In this document: positions 20,850-30,666 of the stretch, piece after piece | How positions within the stretch are numbered: position 1 is the first letter of the stretch | How the letters are laid out: each line of letters begins with the position of its first letter | From: Candidatus Nezhaarchaeales archaeon | GTDB lineage: Archaea > Thermoproteota > Methanomethylicia > Nezhaarchaeales > WYZ-LMO8 | Direction of reading: 5' to 3' | DNA: 64,000 nt | NCBI GenBank assembly: GCA_038887515.1 | Contig: JAWAKK010000002.1 | Coordinates: 32,001 to 96,000, forward strand | Notes under the pieces: model-generated | Database searches by the model: none | What the model saw: only the letters and a program-made list of their open reading frames with translations | Told to the model about the DNA's origin: nothing | Program-made: the position numbers and the translations under genes

Positions 20850-21803
20850 TTAAATCGTTAAGTAACGCCACGCCAACACGATTCCCAGGATAGATAGAGC
20901 CACAGCAAAGACGCCCAGATAGGCAAAGTCTAGCAATAATTTAGAGGTGTCTAGTGGAAGAATTGTCAGTTGCCTTATAGCATCGGTTAGGTATGAAAGG
21001 GGGTTTACGTTGACTATAGCCTGTAACCACTCCGGCATAAGCTTGCTTGGGAAGAATACGTTGCTGGCAAACATTAGAGGCATGGTTATGAGGCTTACGA
21101 ACTGCATTGGACGTTCCATTCTAGAGGACCTTATCGAGAAGGCTAGGAAGATTGCAGAGAGACTTACGCTCATAAGGAATATCGCTGCGTATATTCCTAA
21201 GATGTTGAGTAACGTGAACGTGCTGCTTAACTGCAATCCTAGGATGTAGGCCAACGCCAGTATTACTGTGGCTTGGAACATGGACCTAAGGGCCGTGTTA
21301 AGGATCTTCGCGAATATTACAGCTGCCCTCGAGACAGGAGTACTTATAACCTTATTTAAGAAGCCTAGACGTCGATCCCAGACTATTGACATTCCACTAA
21401 ACATCGACGTGGTCACGACTATCATTGAGACCATGCCTATAGACATAAAGCTAAAGTAATCTGCAACGCCGAACGAGCTTTGCATTATCCTTGAGCCCAA
21501 GTCTGCAAATACTTGCGAGAGGGCCGTGCCATTTAGCACTACGCTGGAAAGGCCTTGCGGGTGGAGAATAGCGCTACCTGGGATTAGCACTTGCTGCGGA
21601 ATGTTGATGTTGCTTGGTGAGAATAGCCCTCCTATGTTAAGCGCCTTGCCCAAGAGCCCCATCCATATGAAGGGTTGGAGTACGAACATCACTAACATTA
21701 CCGGGTCTTTAAGCCACTTTTTGAGTTCACGGCGCGTTAAAGCCCAAAGCCCTCTAAGGAAGCTTGGTTGATATTCGTTTAAGGTCTTCTTCTCAACGCT
21801 CAT
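20850..21803 (-). CDS. ABC-2 (DrrB-like) permease
   Basis: IVWDRRLGFL...TPVSR, MFASNVFFP, VNPLSY. Confidence 0.9.
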   Translation of the reverse strand: MSVEKKTLNEYQPSFLRGLWALTRRELKKWLKDPVMLVMFVLQPFIWMGLLGKALNIGGLFSPSNINIPQQVLIPGSAILHPQGLSSVVLNGTALSQVFADLGSRIMQSSFGVADYFSFMSIGMVSMIVVTTSMFSGMSIVWDRRLGFLNKVISTPVSRAAVIFAKILNTALRSMFQATVILALAYILGLQLSSTFTLLNILGIYAAIFLMSVSLSAIFLAFSIRSSRMERPMQFVSLITMPLMFASNVFFPSKLMPEWLQAIVNVNPLSYLTDAIRQLTILPLDTSKLLLDFAYLGVFAVALSILGIVLAWRYLTI

Positions 21804-22795
21804 TTCCTAGCCCTCCTAACTATAAACATCTGTTTCATTATCTCCGCTTGAGAGCCCTCCACGTCGCGTAGCTTCCTCCCCGTGTACTCTAAGAAGACCT
21901 CATCCAACGTGGGCTTCGTGAGGGATAGCTTCGTTACCGTAAACCCTTTACTTCGTAATGCCTCAATTATGAGGGGTGCAGTTACTTCACCGTTCAAAGC
22001 CTTAATGCGGTAGCTATCGTTCTCCCTCTTTACCTCCTTTACGTTCTCGACGCTTTGAATTAATTCTATTACGTCCACGTCCTCCTTAATCGATATGGTG
22101 ATTATGTCTCCACCTAAGCTATCCTTAAGCTCATTGGGCGAGCCCATCGCAACTATTTTACCGCAGTCAATGATGGCTATTCGATCGCAGAGGGTATCTG
22201 CCTCCTCTAAGTAGTGGGTAGTCATGAATATCGTCATGTCGTACTCCTTCTTTAAGCGCCGAATATAGTCCCAAATAGCAACGCGAGTTTGTACGTCTAA
22301 ACCCAGAGTAGGTTCATCTAGGAACAAGACTTTAGGTCTATTTATGAGGCCGCACGCGAGCTCGAGTCTTCTCCTCATCCCGCCGGAATAAGTTTCAACC
22401 CTCTTATCCTTGAATTCTAGGAGGTTTACTAAGTCAAGTAGCTCTAGAGCCCGCTTCTTAGCTACGTCGCGTTGAATTCCATAAAGGTCCGCGCAGAGCA
22501 TAATGTTCTCGTAACCGGTTAAATCCTCATCGGCAGTGTACTCTTGGGGTACGACCCCTATGACCCTCCTGACCTCCTTGGCTTGCTTAACTATATCGTA
22601 ACCCAATACCTCAGCCGTACCCTCAGACGGCCTCAGAGTCGTCGTCAGCATGTTTATCGTGGTAGTTTTGCCGGCACCATTAGGCCCTAGGAAGCCAAAT
22701 ATCTCGCCTTCATGTACGCTGAAAGTCACGTGGTCGACGGCTACTAAGTTCTTGTTGAAGATCTTCGTTAAGCCCTTGGCCTCGATGACCTTCAA
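21800..22795 (-). CDS. DrrA-family ABC ATPase
   Basis: GPNGAGKTT, YSGGMRRRLE, DEPTLGLD, TTHYLEEAD, PTLDEVF. Confidence 0.93.
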   Translation of the reverse strand: MKVIEAKGLTKIFNKNLVAVDHVTFSVHEGEIFGFLGPNGAGKTTTINMLTTTLRPSEGTAEVLGYDIVKQAKEVRRVIGVVPQEYTADEDLTGYENIMLCADLYGIQRDVAKKRALELLDLVNLLEFKDKRVETYSGGMRRRLELACGLINRPKVLFLDEPTLGLDVQTRVAIWDYIRRLKKEYDMTIFMTTHYLEEADTLCDRIAIIDCGKIVAMGSPNELKDSLGGDIITISIKEDVDVIELIQSVENVKEVKRENDSYRIKALNGEVTAPLIIEALRSKGFTVTKLSLTKPTLDEVFLEYTGRKLRDVEGSQAEIMKQMFIVRRARK

Positions 22796-23361
22796 GGCCT
22801 CTCACCTCTAACTCGCTTCTCTAGCTCTTCAAGCCGCCTCGCCGCTTCATTTAAAATATCTAAAGCGCGCCTTAGGGCTTCATCGCTAAAGCGCTCTCCA
22901 AGCGTTAGGCCTAAGCTAACTAGGGCTCTAAATAAGCGTCTTAGAGAGCCTCGAGCTTCCTCGGTCTTTTCTGGCGGTATTCGGAGCCAGAGCTCGCTTA
23001 TTAACGGTAGGACCAGGAACTTCCTGTCCATATGGAATTGAGCGAATATTCTACGCTGTTCCTCTAAGAAGAGCCTCCCCTTGTCCGTAAGGATGTAGCG
23101 CTTAACGCCCATCTCTTCCGTAGGTACTTCGCGTATGTAACCGTTATCCTGTAGCCAAGCTAGTAGAGGGTAAACTGAGCCTGGACTGGGTCTCCAGCAG
23201 CCGTTAGTACGTCTCTCTATTTCATTCATGATCTCCGAACCAGACATGGGCTTCTCGCTTAAGAGCTCAAGTACTTGATATCGTAGAAATCCCTTCGGTA
23301 CTGTGGCTGTATGCCTTAACAGGTGCCTGTACATGGGGAGGTGGAAGCTATTGTCAAACAT
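22792..23361 (-). CDS. PadR-family regulator
   Basis: LELLSEKPMSGSEI...WRPSPGSVYPLL...YILTDKG. Confidence 0.92.
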   Translation of the reverse strand: MFDNSFHLPMYRHLLRHTATVPKGFLRYQVLELLSEKPMSGSEIMNEIERRTNGCWRPSPGSVYPLLAWLQDNGYIREVPTEEMGVKRYILTDKGRLFLEEQRRIFAQFHMDRKFLVLPLISELWLRIPPEKTEEARGSLRRLFRALVSLGLTLGERFSDEALRRALDILNEAARRLEELEKRVRGERP

Positions 23362-23362
23362 T

Positions 23363-23394
23363 TTATATCACTGTTGATATCGAAGTTGATATAA
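23363..23394. promoter_or_regulatory. Palindromic operator directly upstream of padR
   Basis: TTATATCA(23363-70)...GATATC(23376-81)...TGATATAA(23387-94). Confidence 0.6.
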
Positions 23395-23646
23395 GAGGAT
23401 TATATAAATGTTGCTCCCAAAAATGGAAGATTAAACTTTTACTTTGTCGGATAGTAACGGTACTTCTTTTATGGTAGCGAAAAGGGGCTTATGAAGGTTC
23501 TAAACCTACAATTAGCGTGGAAAGAGAGCTTAAGAGGCGTAGAGCCTTGATGATAATCATTAATTACTGCGTGCGCCTCCATAAATCGCTAAGGATCATG
23601 CTTTTAGGTAAACTATTTATTTAGCTAACTTATTTGTTTATCTTAT

Positions 23647-24384
23647 ATGTGGATGCCTCGATGGCTTGGCGAGATATACTCTAAGCTTTATGCTAAGTTT
23701 TGGATCGACGTCTTTACGTTTAATCAAGCTAGAGAGTATTCAGGTATTGAAAAGAGTATCCTCAACGTTGCCTTCAGTAAGCTCCACTCTTTAAGGGCTC
23801 TCTACATACATAGCAGGACCAAACCTAGGCTCTATAGGCTCATTAGACCTGAAAGTTTTGTTTTGATGTGCTCCAACGTCATTAAGAACATTAACGCCAT
23901 AAGGCAGGAGCGCTATCTACAATTGATATGCGATGTTGCTAAGGAACTTATTCGTGGATATAGTGATTGCTCGATATGCATCTACGGCTCAGTTGCTCGC
24001 GGAGTTGCGCGGCCCGAAAGTGACTTAGACATTCTAGTAGTCTCTGACAGCTTTAAGGGTCCCAAGACTAAGAGGGTTGAGGAGCTATGCCTCATAGAGG
24101 AACGAGTAGCCGACGAGATTAAGAGACTTAGGAGCTACGGTATCTACACGAGCCTTAGCTTCTATCCTCTTAGGAGGGATGAAGTACTTAGGTTCCCGCC
24201 GGTAATGTTGGATATAGTAGTCGACGGCATAGTGATATGCGATAACGGTTTCCTTGAAAAAGCCATGCCAATTATGAGAGAGAAAATGAACAGGCTTGGA
24301 GCTAAGCGCGTCGTATTGAAAGATGGTTCTTGGTACTGGGATTTAAAGCCCGATTACAGGTTCGGTGAGGTCGTAGAGCTATGA
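23647..24384 (+). CDS. MNT antitoxin with N-terminal winged-helix-like extension
   Basis: YGSVARG...ESDLDILVV, WYWDLKPD; overlaps HEPN gene. Confidence 0.88.
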   Translation: MWMPRWLGEIYSKLYAKFWIDVFTFNQAREYSGIEKSILNVAFSKLHSLRALYIHSRTKPRLYRLIRPESFVLMCSNVIKNINAIRQERYLQLICDVAKELIRGYSDCSICIYGSVARGVARPESDLDILVVSDSFKGPKTKRVEELCLIEERVADEIKRLRSYGIYTSLSFYPLRRDEVLRFPPVMLDIVVDGIVICDNGFLEKAMPIMREKMNRLGAKRVVLKDGSWYWDLKPDYRFGEVVEL

Positions 24385-24818
24385 TGCTAATCAAGATGGC
24401 TGAAGCTTACTTAAGGCAAGCTAGCGCTAGGATTAAGGATTCTAGGGAGGCGTTGAACGATGGTCTCTACGCATATGCCTTAAGGTTATCTCAAGAGGCT
24501 ATAGAGCTATCGCTAAAAGCGGCGTTGAAGCTTGTAGCCATTGAATATCCAAAGAAACACGATGTATCCGACGTGCTCCTCGAAGTCAAAGATAGGTTTC
24601 CTGAATGGTTTAGAAACGAGGTTCGGACAATTGCCGATATATCGAGAAAGCTTGCAGCTAAGAGAGAGGTGTGCATGTACGGAGACGAAGAGACATTTAT
24701 GTCGCCGGACGAAACGGTAAGCGCTGAAGAAGCATTAAAGGCAGTAAAGGAAGCGGAAATGACTTACGATCTTTGCAAACGCCTCCTTGACGAGGTTAAA
24801 TCATGCGTCAAGGCATAA
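24381..24818 (+). CDS. HEPN-domain protein
   Basis: SQEAIELSLKAAL...YPKKHDV...R...YGDE. Confidence 0.88.
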   Translation: MMLIKMAEAYLRQASARIKDSREALNDGLYAYALRLSQEAIELSLKAALKLVAIEYPKKHDVSDVLLEVKDRFPEWFRNEVRTIADISRKLAAKREVCMYGDEETFMSPDETVSAEEALKAVKEAEMTYDLCKRLLDEVKSCVKA

Positions 24819-24900
24819 CCGTAATCTCTTCAACTTAAGCGGGCCGAGTAAAGACTCTTTCTATGCTAAGACAATTTTATAAACGGTCGCTCTACATGAA

Positions 24901-25518
24901 ATGTCAGTTGTACTACAATCAAGCGGTGTCGAACCGATGGAGCCTATAGAGCCTAGGCCTTTAACTAGGAGAGGTGTAGCGTTGGCATGGTTGATAGTGC
25001 TTGAGCTCATCGTTATTTGGGTGCTTGCAATCTACTCCTACCTTACGCTCCCCCAGGTTGTTCCAGTCCACTTTGGATGGAATGGAGAGCCTACGAGGTA
25101 CGGTGAAAAAATTGAACTTCTATTTTTAGCTGTACCATTAAGCATAGCTCCAAGCATATTCCTCTTAATCACGAAATATAGGTTTACCTTGATAAATAAG
25201 TACTCGTACTTAGTTAACCTTCCAGCCTTCTTTACTTACATAACTAAAATTCCTAAAGAGAGGAGGAGTTTATGGGTGAACAGGTACTTTGAGTCCCTAT
25301 TAGCGTTTGGGGCAGCCATAACTTTCTTCTTATTATTAATAGAGTACGAAGTATACCTCAGCGCCCTTCAGGGTAGGGTTCATCCTTGGCTCGTTTTTGT
25401 ACCGCTAACGATCGTAGGCTCCATAATCCCATTAATATTTTACTTGCGAAGACTATCACAAGAAATGAAGTTAGAGGCGGAGGGCGCATTAAGCCGTAAA
25501 ATTTCACGTGCTGTGTAA
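24901..25518 (+). CDS. DUF1648/SdpI-like membrane protein
   Basis: LPQVVPVHFGWNGEPTRYG; 4 TM. Confidence 0.8.
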   Translation: MSVVLQSSGVEPMEPIEPRPLTRRGVALAWLIVLELIVIWVLAIYSYLTLPQVVPVHFGWNGEPTRYGEKIELLFLAVPLSIAPSIFLLITKYRFTLINKYSYLVNLPAFFTYITKIPKERRSLWVNRYFESLLAFGAAITFFLLLIEYEVYLSALQGRVHPWLVFVPLTIVGSIIPLIFYLRRLSQEMKLEAEGALSRKISRAV

Positions 25519-25669
25519 GTCGCCAGCATATTGTCCGTTCACGGTGAGAAAGTGTTTTATACAGCTTGAGCGCGCGGGGTGTGCTACTTCACGTTTATCG
25601 TTAAGTATCATAGTGGACGGGCTATAGAAGGAGATAAGTTTTTGAAATTTTGCTTGGCTACTGTGATAT

Positions 25670-26059
25670 ATGGACACTATCGGGTACCATTATGTTGTTG
25701 AAGCGTCTGGCTGCGACCCAGAAGTGCTTGGAAGCGTCGATAAGCTGAGAGAAATACTAACGAGGGCAGCTAAGAATGCAAAAATGGATGTGAAAGGTAG
25801 CTACTTTTTCAAGTTCACTCCAACAGGCGTTAGCGGGACGTTAATTGTCGCGATGTCGCATATATCAATCCATACGTGGCCAGAATACGGCTACGCAGCC
25901 CTAGACGTCTACGTCTGCGGACTAGGTTCAGATTCTGAAAAAGCTGTTTCCGAAATACTTTCCGGGTTAAAAGCCAAGCACGCCCACATCACGGAAATTC
26001 AGCGAGGAGTGAGAGACAACGGCGAGTTCACGCACACAATCGTAACTTGGGAAGAGTGA
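25670..26059 (+). CDS. speD: Pyruvoyl-dependent SAM decarboxylase-family proenzyme
   Basis: FTPTGVSG...SHISIHTWPEYGYAALDVYVCG; Met rather than Glu precedes the cleavage Ser. Confidence 0.85.
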   Translation: MDTIGYHYVVEASGCDPEVLGSVDKLREILTRAAKNAKMDVKGSYFFKFTPTGVSGTLIVAMSHISIHTWPEYGYAALDVYVCGLGSDSEKAVSEILSGLKAKHAHITEIQRGVRDNGEFTHTIVTWEE

Positions 26060-26238
26060 GTCTTCGACAGTACGTGTACGCATAACAAGCTTAGCGCCTT
26101 GCAAGTATAGCTTAGAGAAGTTAACCGTAAAGTCCTTTAGGCTTCTAAATTGCTTGCCTTGCTTAAGTCGTTCGGTCAAAACACTAATCTATGTTCTAAG
26201 AGCCTGAATGCAGGAAACAATTCTGGGGCTAGGGCTTC

Positions 26239-26727
26239 CTAGCCTCCGGGAGCTCCATGCCAAGGGCTATCGCGCCATATTATATCCCATAGAAGTTCTT
26301 CGGTTAAAGTCTCGATCTTGGCTATCTTGTCTCTAATATTCAGCAAGAGCTTATGGTGCTTAACCTCGTCTTCGCGTAGGGGTTCTAAAATTACCTTGAG
26401 CCTAGGATCGTTAGTTGCATTCATAAGTTCATTAACTACCTTAATCATTTCCTCTTCGATTTTAATGTGCTTCTCTATTTCTTTAGTTATGAGTTCTAAA
26501 TCCTCTTCAGGCATTAATGGTGATCGCATCGAGGTCAACTTTAGCATAGCCTTGTAAAACATGTCATGCTTCGCACTATCGCCCGCAATGGCAATTAAGG
26601 GACTTTTAAGGACCGGGTGGCTTAGCTTTAGGGCCAGTGCTCCTAGACTTTTAGAATACGCTAGTTCCTTCTTGGCTATGCTCTTAAACGTAGACTTCAT
26701 TTCTTCTAAATTATGCATAGACCTCAA
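26239..26727 (-). CDS. Ferritin-like/rubrerythrin-fold protein
   Basis: DSAKH, EEEM, DEVKHH metal ligands; C-terminal DSPWHGAPGG. Confidence 0.75.
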   Translation of the reverse strand: MRSMHNLEEMKSTFKSIAKKELAYSKSLGALALKLSHPVLKSPLIAIAGDSAKHDMFYKAMLKLTSMRSPLMPEEDLELITKEIEKHIKIEEEMIKVVNELMNATNDPRLKVILEPLREDEVKHHKLLLNIRDKIAKIETLTEELLWDIIWRDSPWHGAPGG

Positions 26728-26997
26728 TACTATAGTTCAACTTACAAGGGTAAATATGGCTATCCCAAGCTAGTTCAAAGCAATTTAACGCCTATACTGT
26801 CGAATTATGTAGCTCATTAAAGCTAGGGCACGACGCTAGCTGTCTAGAAGACTTTGAGTTAGCGAATGGCCTCTAAGATACTCACAAGCCCTGTGCGAAG
26901 CTGAAGCCATACTTTCGAGGTAATACCGTAATACCCAAGTTTAAAAGATATACTCGAAGCCTGGCATTAAGAAAGTTAAAGTTGAGGAGGAATCTGT

Positions 26998-27081
26998 GTG
27001 AACTTAAGCGAATTATTGGTATTTTTGATTCCGTTATTACTCTTGATACTTGGCTTCCTAGCTTCACTTAAGAGAACGTAG
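26998..27081 (+). CDS. Putative 27-aa single-pass membrane peptide
   Basis: GAGGAGG then GTG: MNLSELLVFLIPLLLLILGFLASLKRT*. Confidence 0.45.
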   Translation: MNLSELLVFLIPLLLLILGFLASLKRT

Positions 27082-27278
27082 AGCTCCTTGCACGCGCTTC
27101 GGCAATGAAGTCCAAGTAACTTCTCCGTTAAGTGTGGCGGAGTATCTCACATTGTTTTATAGATGCTACAAAGTAAAAGTAGCCTTAATTCTATTACGAT
27201 TTACGTCCAAAGATCGTGAACTTTGATGTTAGGAGTCTCGAGCGTATAGCCGTGAAGGATTGTGTGCATAACAGGTCG

Positions 27279-28055
27279 CTAGAAGTTTAGCATCCTCTTC
27301 GCGTTTACGTAAGCTATTTTCTCCACTATTTTCTCTTTCAAGCCCTTGTTTAGTAGATAGTTTACGCAATTGTAGACAACTAAGGGTTCTGAAGGTTCTC
27401 TTCTACAGTCGCTGTTTAAAACCATGCGATCTACGAGGTCCTCGTAATTTTTTAGTGTCTCTAACACGTCCATGTGGGTAAGCTTCTCCTCCTGTATTGT
27501 TAAGCCTATGCCGTACCTCGCGATATTTGGTGACAATTCATCGAGCGCTTCTTTATTTAAATGGTTTATAATCACTAAGCCTTCGCTTATACCAGAGCTC
27601 TCTACGATCTTAAGAAGCTTCTTAACTATAACAAGCTTATTTCTCCTAGGTGAATGTAGGATGACAGACCTATCAGACCTCTTCACTATTCTGAGTTGTT
27701 CCCTTAAAACTTCGACTTCGACCTCGCTACCCAGCTCAAGGCCTACTTCGCCGAGGATTGCATAGCTGTAAGCTTTAAGGATCTCTTCTATGTAGCTGAG
27801 AGCTTCTCTCCAATCGCTAGGTATGTTCCTTGGATGTATTCCTAGACCTACTATAGCCCTTAATCCTAGGCTCGTAACTCTCTTGTATTCGTCGTCGAGA
27901 AGCCAGCGATATAGGTCTATGAGGGATGCGTGGTTCATTGGCTTTACGGGCATATACGACAGTACTGCAACTCCGTAGAACCCCCATCGCCTTAACTTGA
28001 GGAGAGTATTGTAGTTGCTGAATTGGTGGTGCGTATGGGGATCTACCCAGAGCAA
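27279..28055 (-). CDS. TatD-related metallohydrolase
   Basis: DPHTH, GIHP, GEVGL, LHSPR, NSD. Confidence 0.85.
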   Translation of the reverse strand: MLWVDPHTHHQFSNYNTLLKLRRWGFYGVAVLSYMPVKPMNHASLIDLYRWLLDDEYKRVTSLGLRAIVGLGIHPRNIPSDWREALSYIEEILKAYSYAILGEVGLELGSEVEVEVLREQLRIVKRSDRSVILHSPRRNKLVIVKKLLKIVESSGISEGLVIINHLNKEALDELSPNIARYGIGLTIQEEKLTHMDVLETLKNYEDLVDRMVLNSDCRREPSEPLVVYNCVNYLLNKGLKEKIVEKIAYVNAKRMLNF

Positions 28056-28254
28056 AGGTACCTACCGGAGTCTCAAAGATGGGGGAATCGTATTTTGAAT
28101 TAGCTCGTTAAAGATCTGGTAGCAGTTATCTCTAGAGCGGACTCTCGATGAAGCGATAAACCCTGCTAGCCGTAGACGCGCGGTCTCACCATAATAGCTA
28201 ACCACTGGGTCCTGCAACGTAGAAGTATTTGGAGTTACAGATGATCCACTAGGC

Positions 28255-28525
28255 TTAGGGCTCCGGTTCTAAGATGACTGCTGTACCGTAAGTCGATATC
28301 TCGGCAGCCCCGCCATTACGGCTACTGTAGCAAACCTCATAGCTATAACTGCGTTAGCCCCCATGCTTTTGGCCTTTTCAACCATTCCCTTTAAAGCTTC
28401 GTCCCTCGATTGAGCTAAGAGTTCCGTATACTCTTTAATCTCGCCGCCAACTATGTTCCTTAAGCCTGCCACCGTGTCGAGCCGGGCACATATTCCATCG
28501 TGGTAACTATGACGTCATTAAACAT
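28255..28525 (-). pseudogene. YbjQ/UPF0145 heavy-metal-binding protein pseudogene
   Basis: MFNDVIVTTMEYVPG, internal deletion, AGLRNIVGGEIKEYTELL...GANAVIAMRF, frameshift, AAEISTYGTAV. Confidence 0.8.
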
Positions 28526-28624
28526 CAGTGCCACCGCGACTTGCATCGGCGAAGTTAACATTTATTAATTACGCCATTACCAGATATCCCACCATTCAAA
28601 TGCTGAAGTAGAGGAGGAATAACC

Positions 28625-29071
28625 TTGTCTTCAAGTGTTAAGGAAAGTCCTTGTAGGGTGGAGGAGAGGAAAGTCCTTTTTGTATGCATAGGAAACTCCT
28701 TTAGAAGCCAAATTGCTGAAGCGTACTTCAACTCTATGGCTCCGCCTGGGTGTAGAGCCATTAGCGCTGGTGTTAAGCCGGCGATAAGCGTTCACCCTAA
28801 CGCTATAAAACTAATGGCCGAAGAGGGCATAGACATCTCTAGGAGTAAGCCTAAACCTCTTACGGAGGAGGCGAAGAAGGCTGACATAGTTGTCATAGTT
28901 TGCGATGAGTTAGAGAAGGAGTGTCCAGTTATCTACGCGAAGCGCTTAGAGCATTGGAGACTGCCCGATCCAGCCAAGATGTGCTTAGAAGATGCAAGGA
29001 AAGTAAGAGACACCATCAAACGTAAGGTAGTAGAACTAATAGAAGAGATTACCCACGAAGGGCTCTCTTGA
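28625..29071 (+). CDS. arsC: Thioredoxin-coupled arsenate reductase (LMW-PTP fold)
   Basis: CIGNSFRSQIAE P-loop, resolving C-x6-C (CDELEKEC), HWRLPDP. Confidence 0.82.
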   Translation: MSSSVKESPCRVEERKVLFVCIGNSFRSQIAEAYFNSMAPPGCRAISAGVKPAISVHPNAIKLMAEEGIDISRSKPKPLTEEAKKADIVVIVCDELEKECPVIYAKRLEHWRLPDPAKMCLEDARKVRDTIKRKVVELIEEITHEGLS

Positions 29072-29123
29072 ACGTCAATTAAACTAGTGGCGCTTGGCGA
29101 ATATAACTTGAGCAGGAAAAAAA

Positions 29124-30515
29124 TTATGGACTTGTAGCGAGTAATTCGTTTATAGTCTTCACTTGGGCTGTTACCGGTATGTCCTTATACTTCCAGTTGG
29201 CGACTATCTGTATTTCGTAGGGCCACTTAGCTCCCTTAACCCATTGCCCGCCAGCAAGCGGCGTTACAGAGTAGTGGTCTTGGTATTTAAGTAGTTGTGG
29301 AAATATTTCGGCCACCTTCTCGTAGATTGCATACTCTTCGGGGCTCAGTATCTCCTTTAACGGCTTCTTGTAGTTTATGTGACCAACAATGGTATCCAAG
29401 TCAGTATTCGCAATAGCCACCCTAACCTTCTCCTTATCCAAGCTACCAGCCCTCTTAAGAACGTCGACCACTAGCTCGAAAGCCGCGTGCGAGTACATCA
29501 TTGGGGCACACCATTGCCTACCCGTTTCTTCTTCATAAGCTCTTGTAAGGTCTTTTGGAGTCTCACCTGTTAGCGATGATATGAACGGGTAAACCGCGTG
29601 TGCCCAAACCTCTGTTGTTAAGCCTATTCCTAGACCTCTCCCAAGAGGGTCTACTCCAAGGGCTTCTACTTGAGCTGGGAAGAGGACGCACCTCGCTACG
29701 GTCACGACTTTAGGTATATAGCCAGCTTCATAGCACTGCCTCCAGAAGGACGCGAAGTCTGGTGGGAAGAATACTCCGGTCACTATGTCTGCCCCAGAAG
29801 TACGTAATGAAAGTATGTACGTGCTGAAGTCCGTAGTGCCAGGAGGGAACAAACCAAAGTCTTGTAGCTTGTAACCTCTGGCTTCAAGTACTATTGGAAA
29901 TACTTTTTGAAATGTCCATCCGTCTGGGTCGTTGCTCCATAGCCCTGCGACAAGCTTATTGGTTTCTACTTTATCCCATATGCTCGCGTACACGTGCGCT
30001 AAATCGATCTCGGTCCAGAAGGCGTGGTAGGACCATTTATAGGGAGCTCCCGTAAGCCATGCTAGGACAGGAGTATCAAGCGAAATGCACGGAACCCCAT
30101 ACCTCTCACATTGAGTAGATATGGGCACCGTCGTGTCAGGTGTGTGTAGGACTACCATTAAGTCTACGTTCTCTCTAGTTATTAGCTCAGCAGCAACTGA
30201 AGCAGCAGTATTAGGATCGCTCTTAGTATCCCTCATAATGATCTTTATCGGGACCTTCTTACCGTACTCAGCTAAGTAAACGCCGCCCATAACGTTGTTA
30301 ACGTAGTGCTCAATCCTACCTTTGATCCAAGGGTTTGGTTCAGCGAAAGCTGCTAGTTTACCGGTCGTGGGGGTGGGCCAACCTATCTTTATGTACGCGG
30401 GCGCCGCCGGAGGTAGGGTTAAGAAGTAGGCAGCAGCGCCAGCAACGGCAACAATAACGACGACGATGACAATGATTACAGCATACGTCCTCTTAATAGT
30501 TGACCCCTCCCTCAA
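29124..30515 (-). CDS. Branched-chain amino acid-type ABC substrate-binding protein (orphan)
   Basis: IKIGWPTPTTGKLAAF, DTKSDP, GTTDFS; N-terminal TM. Confidence 0.85.
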   Translation of the reverse strand: MREGSTIKRTYAVIIVIVVVIVAVAGAAAYFLTLPPAAPAYIKIGWPTPTTGKLAAFAEPNPWIKGRIEHYVNNVMGGVYLAEYGKKVPIKIIMRDTKSDPNTAASVAAELITRENVDLMVVLHTPDTTVPISTQCERYGVPCISLDTPVLAWLTGAPYKWSYHAFWTEIDLAHVYASIWDKVETNKLVAGLWSNDPDGWTFQKVFPIVLEARGYKLQDFGLFPPGTTDFSTYILSLRTSGADIVTGVFFPPDFASFWRQCYEAGYIPKVVTVARCVLFPAQVEALGVDPLGRGLGIGLTTEVWAHAVYPFISSLTGETPKDLTRAYEEETGRQWCAPMMYSHAAFELVVDVLKRAGSLDKEKVRVAIANTDLDTIVGHINYKKPLKEILSPEEYAIYEKVAEIFPQLLKYQDHYSVTPLAGGQWVKGAKWPYEIQIVANWKYKDIPVTAQVKTINELLATSP

Positions 30516-30666
30516 CTACATATTTAGAGGGTTTAGTGTTATCTCTAATTTATAGGAGTATTAAAGTTTTACGGTCAACTTTTACCTACACGCCCGAAGA
30601 AGGGGGTCCACCTAAAGGTTAAAAATGTGTTTCTTGAGATGGTTAAGCGCTAGAAATTTAATAGCT

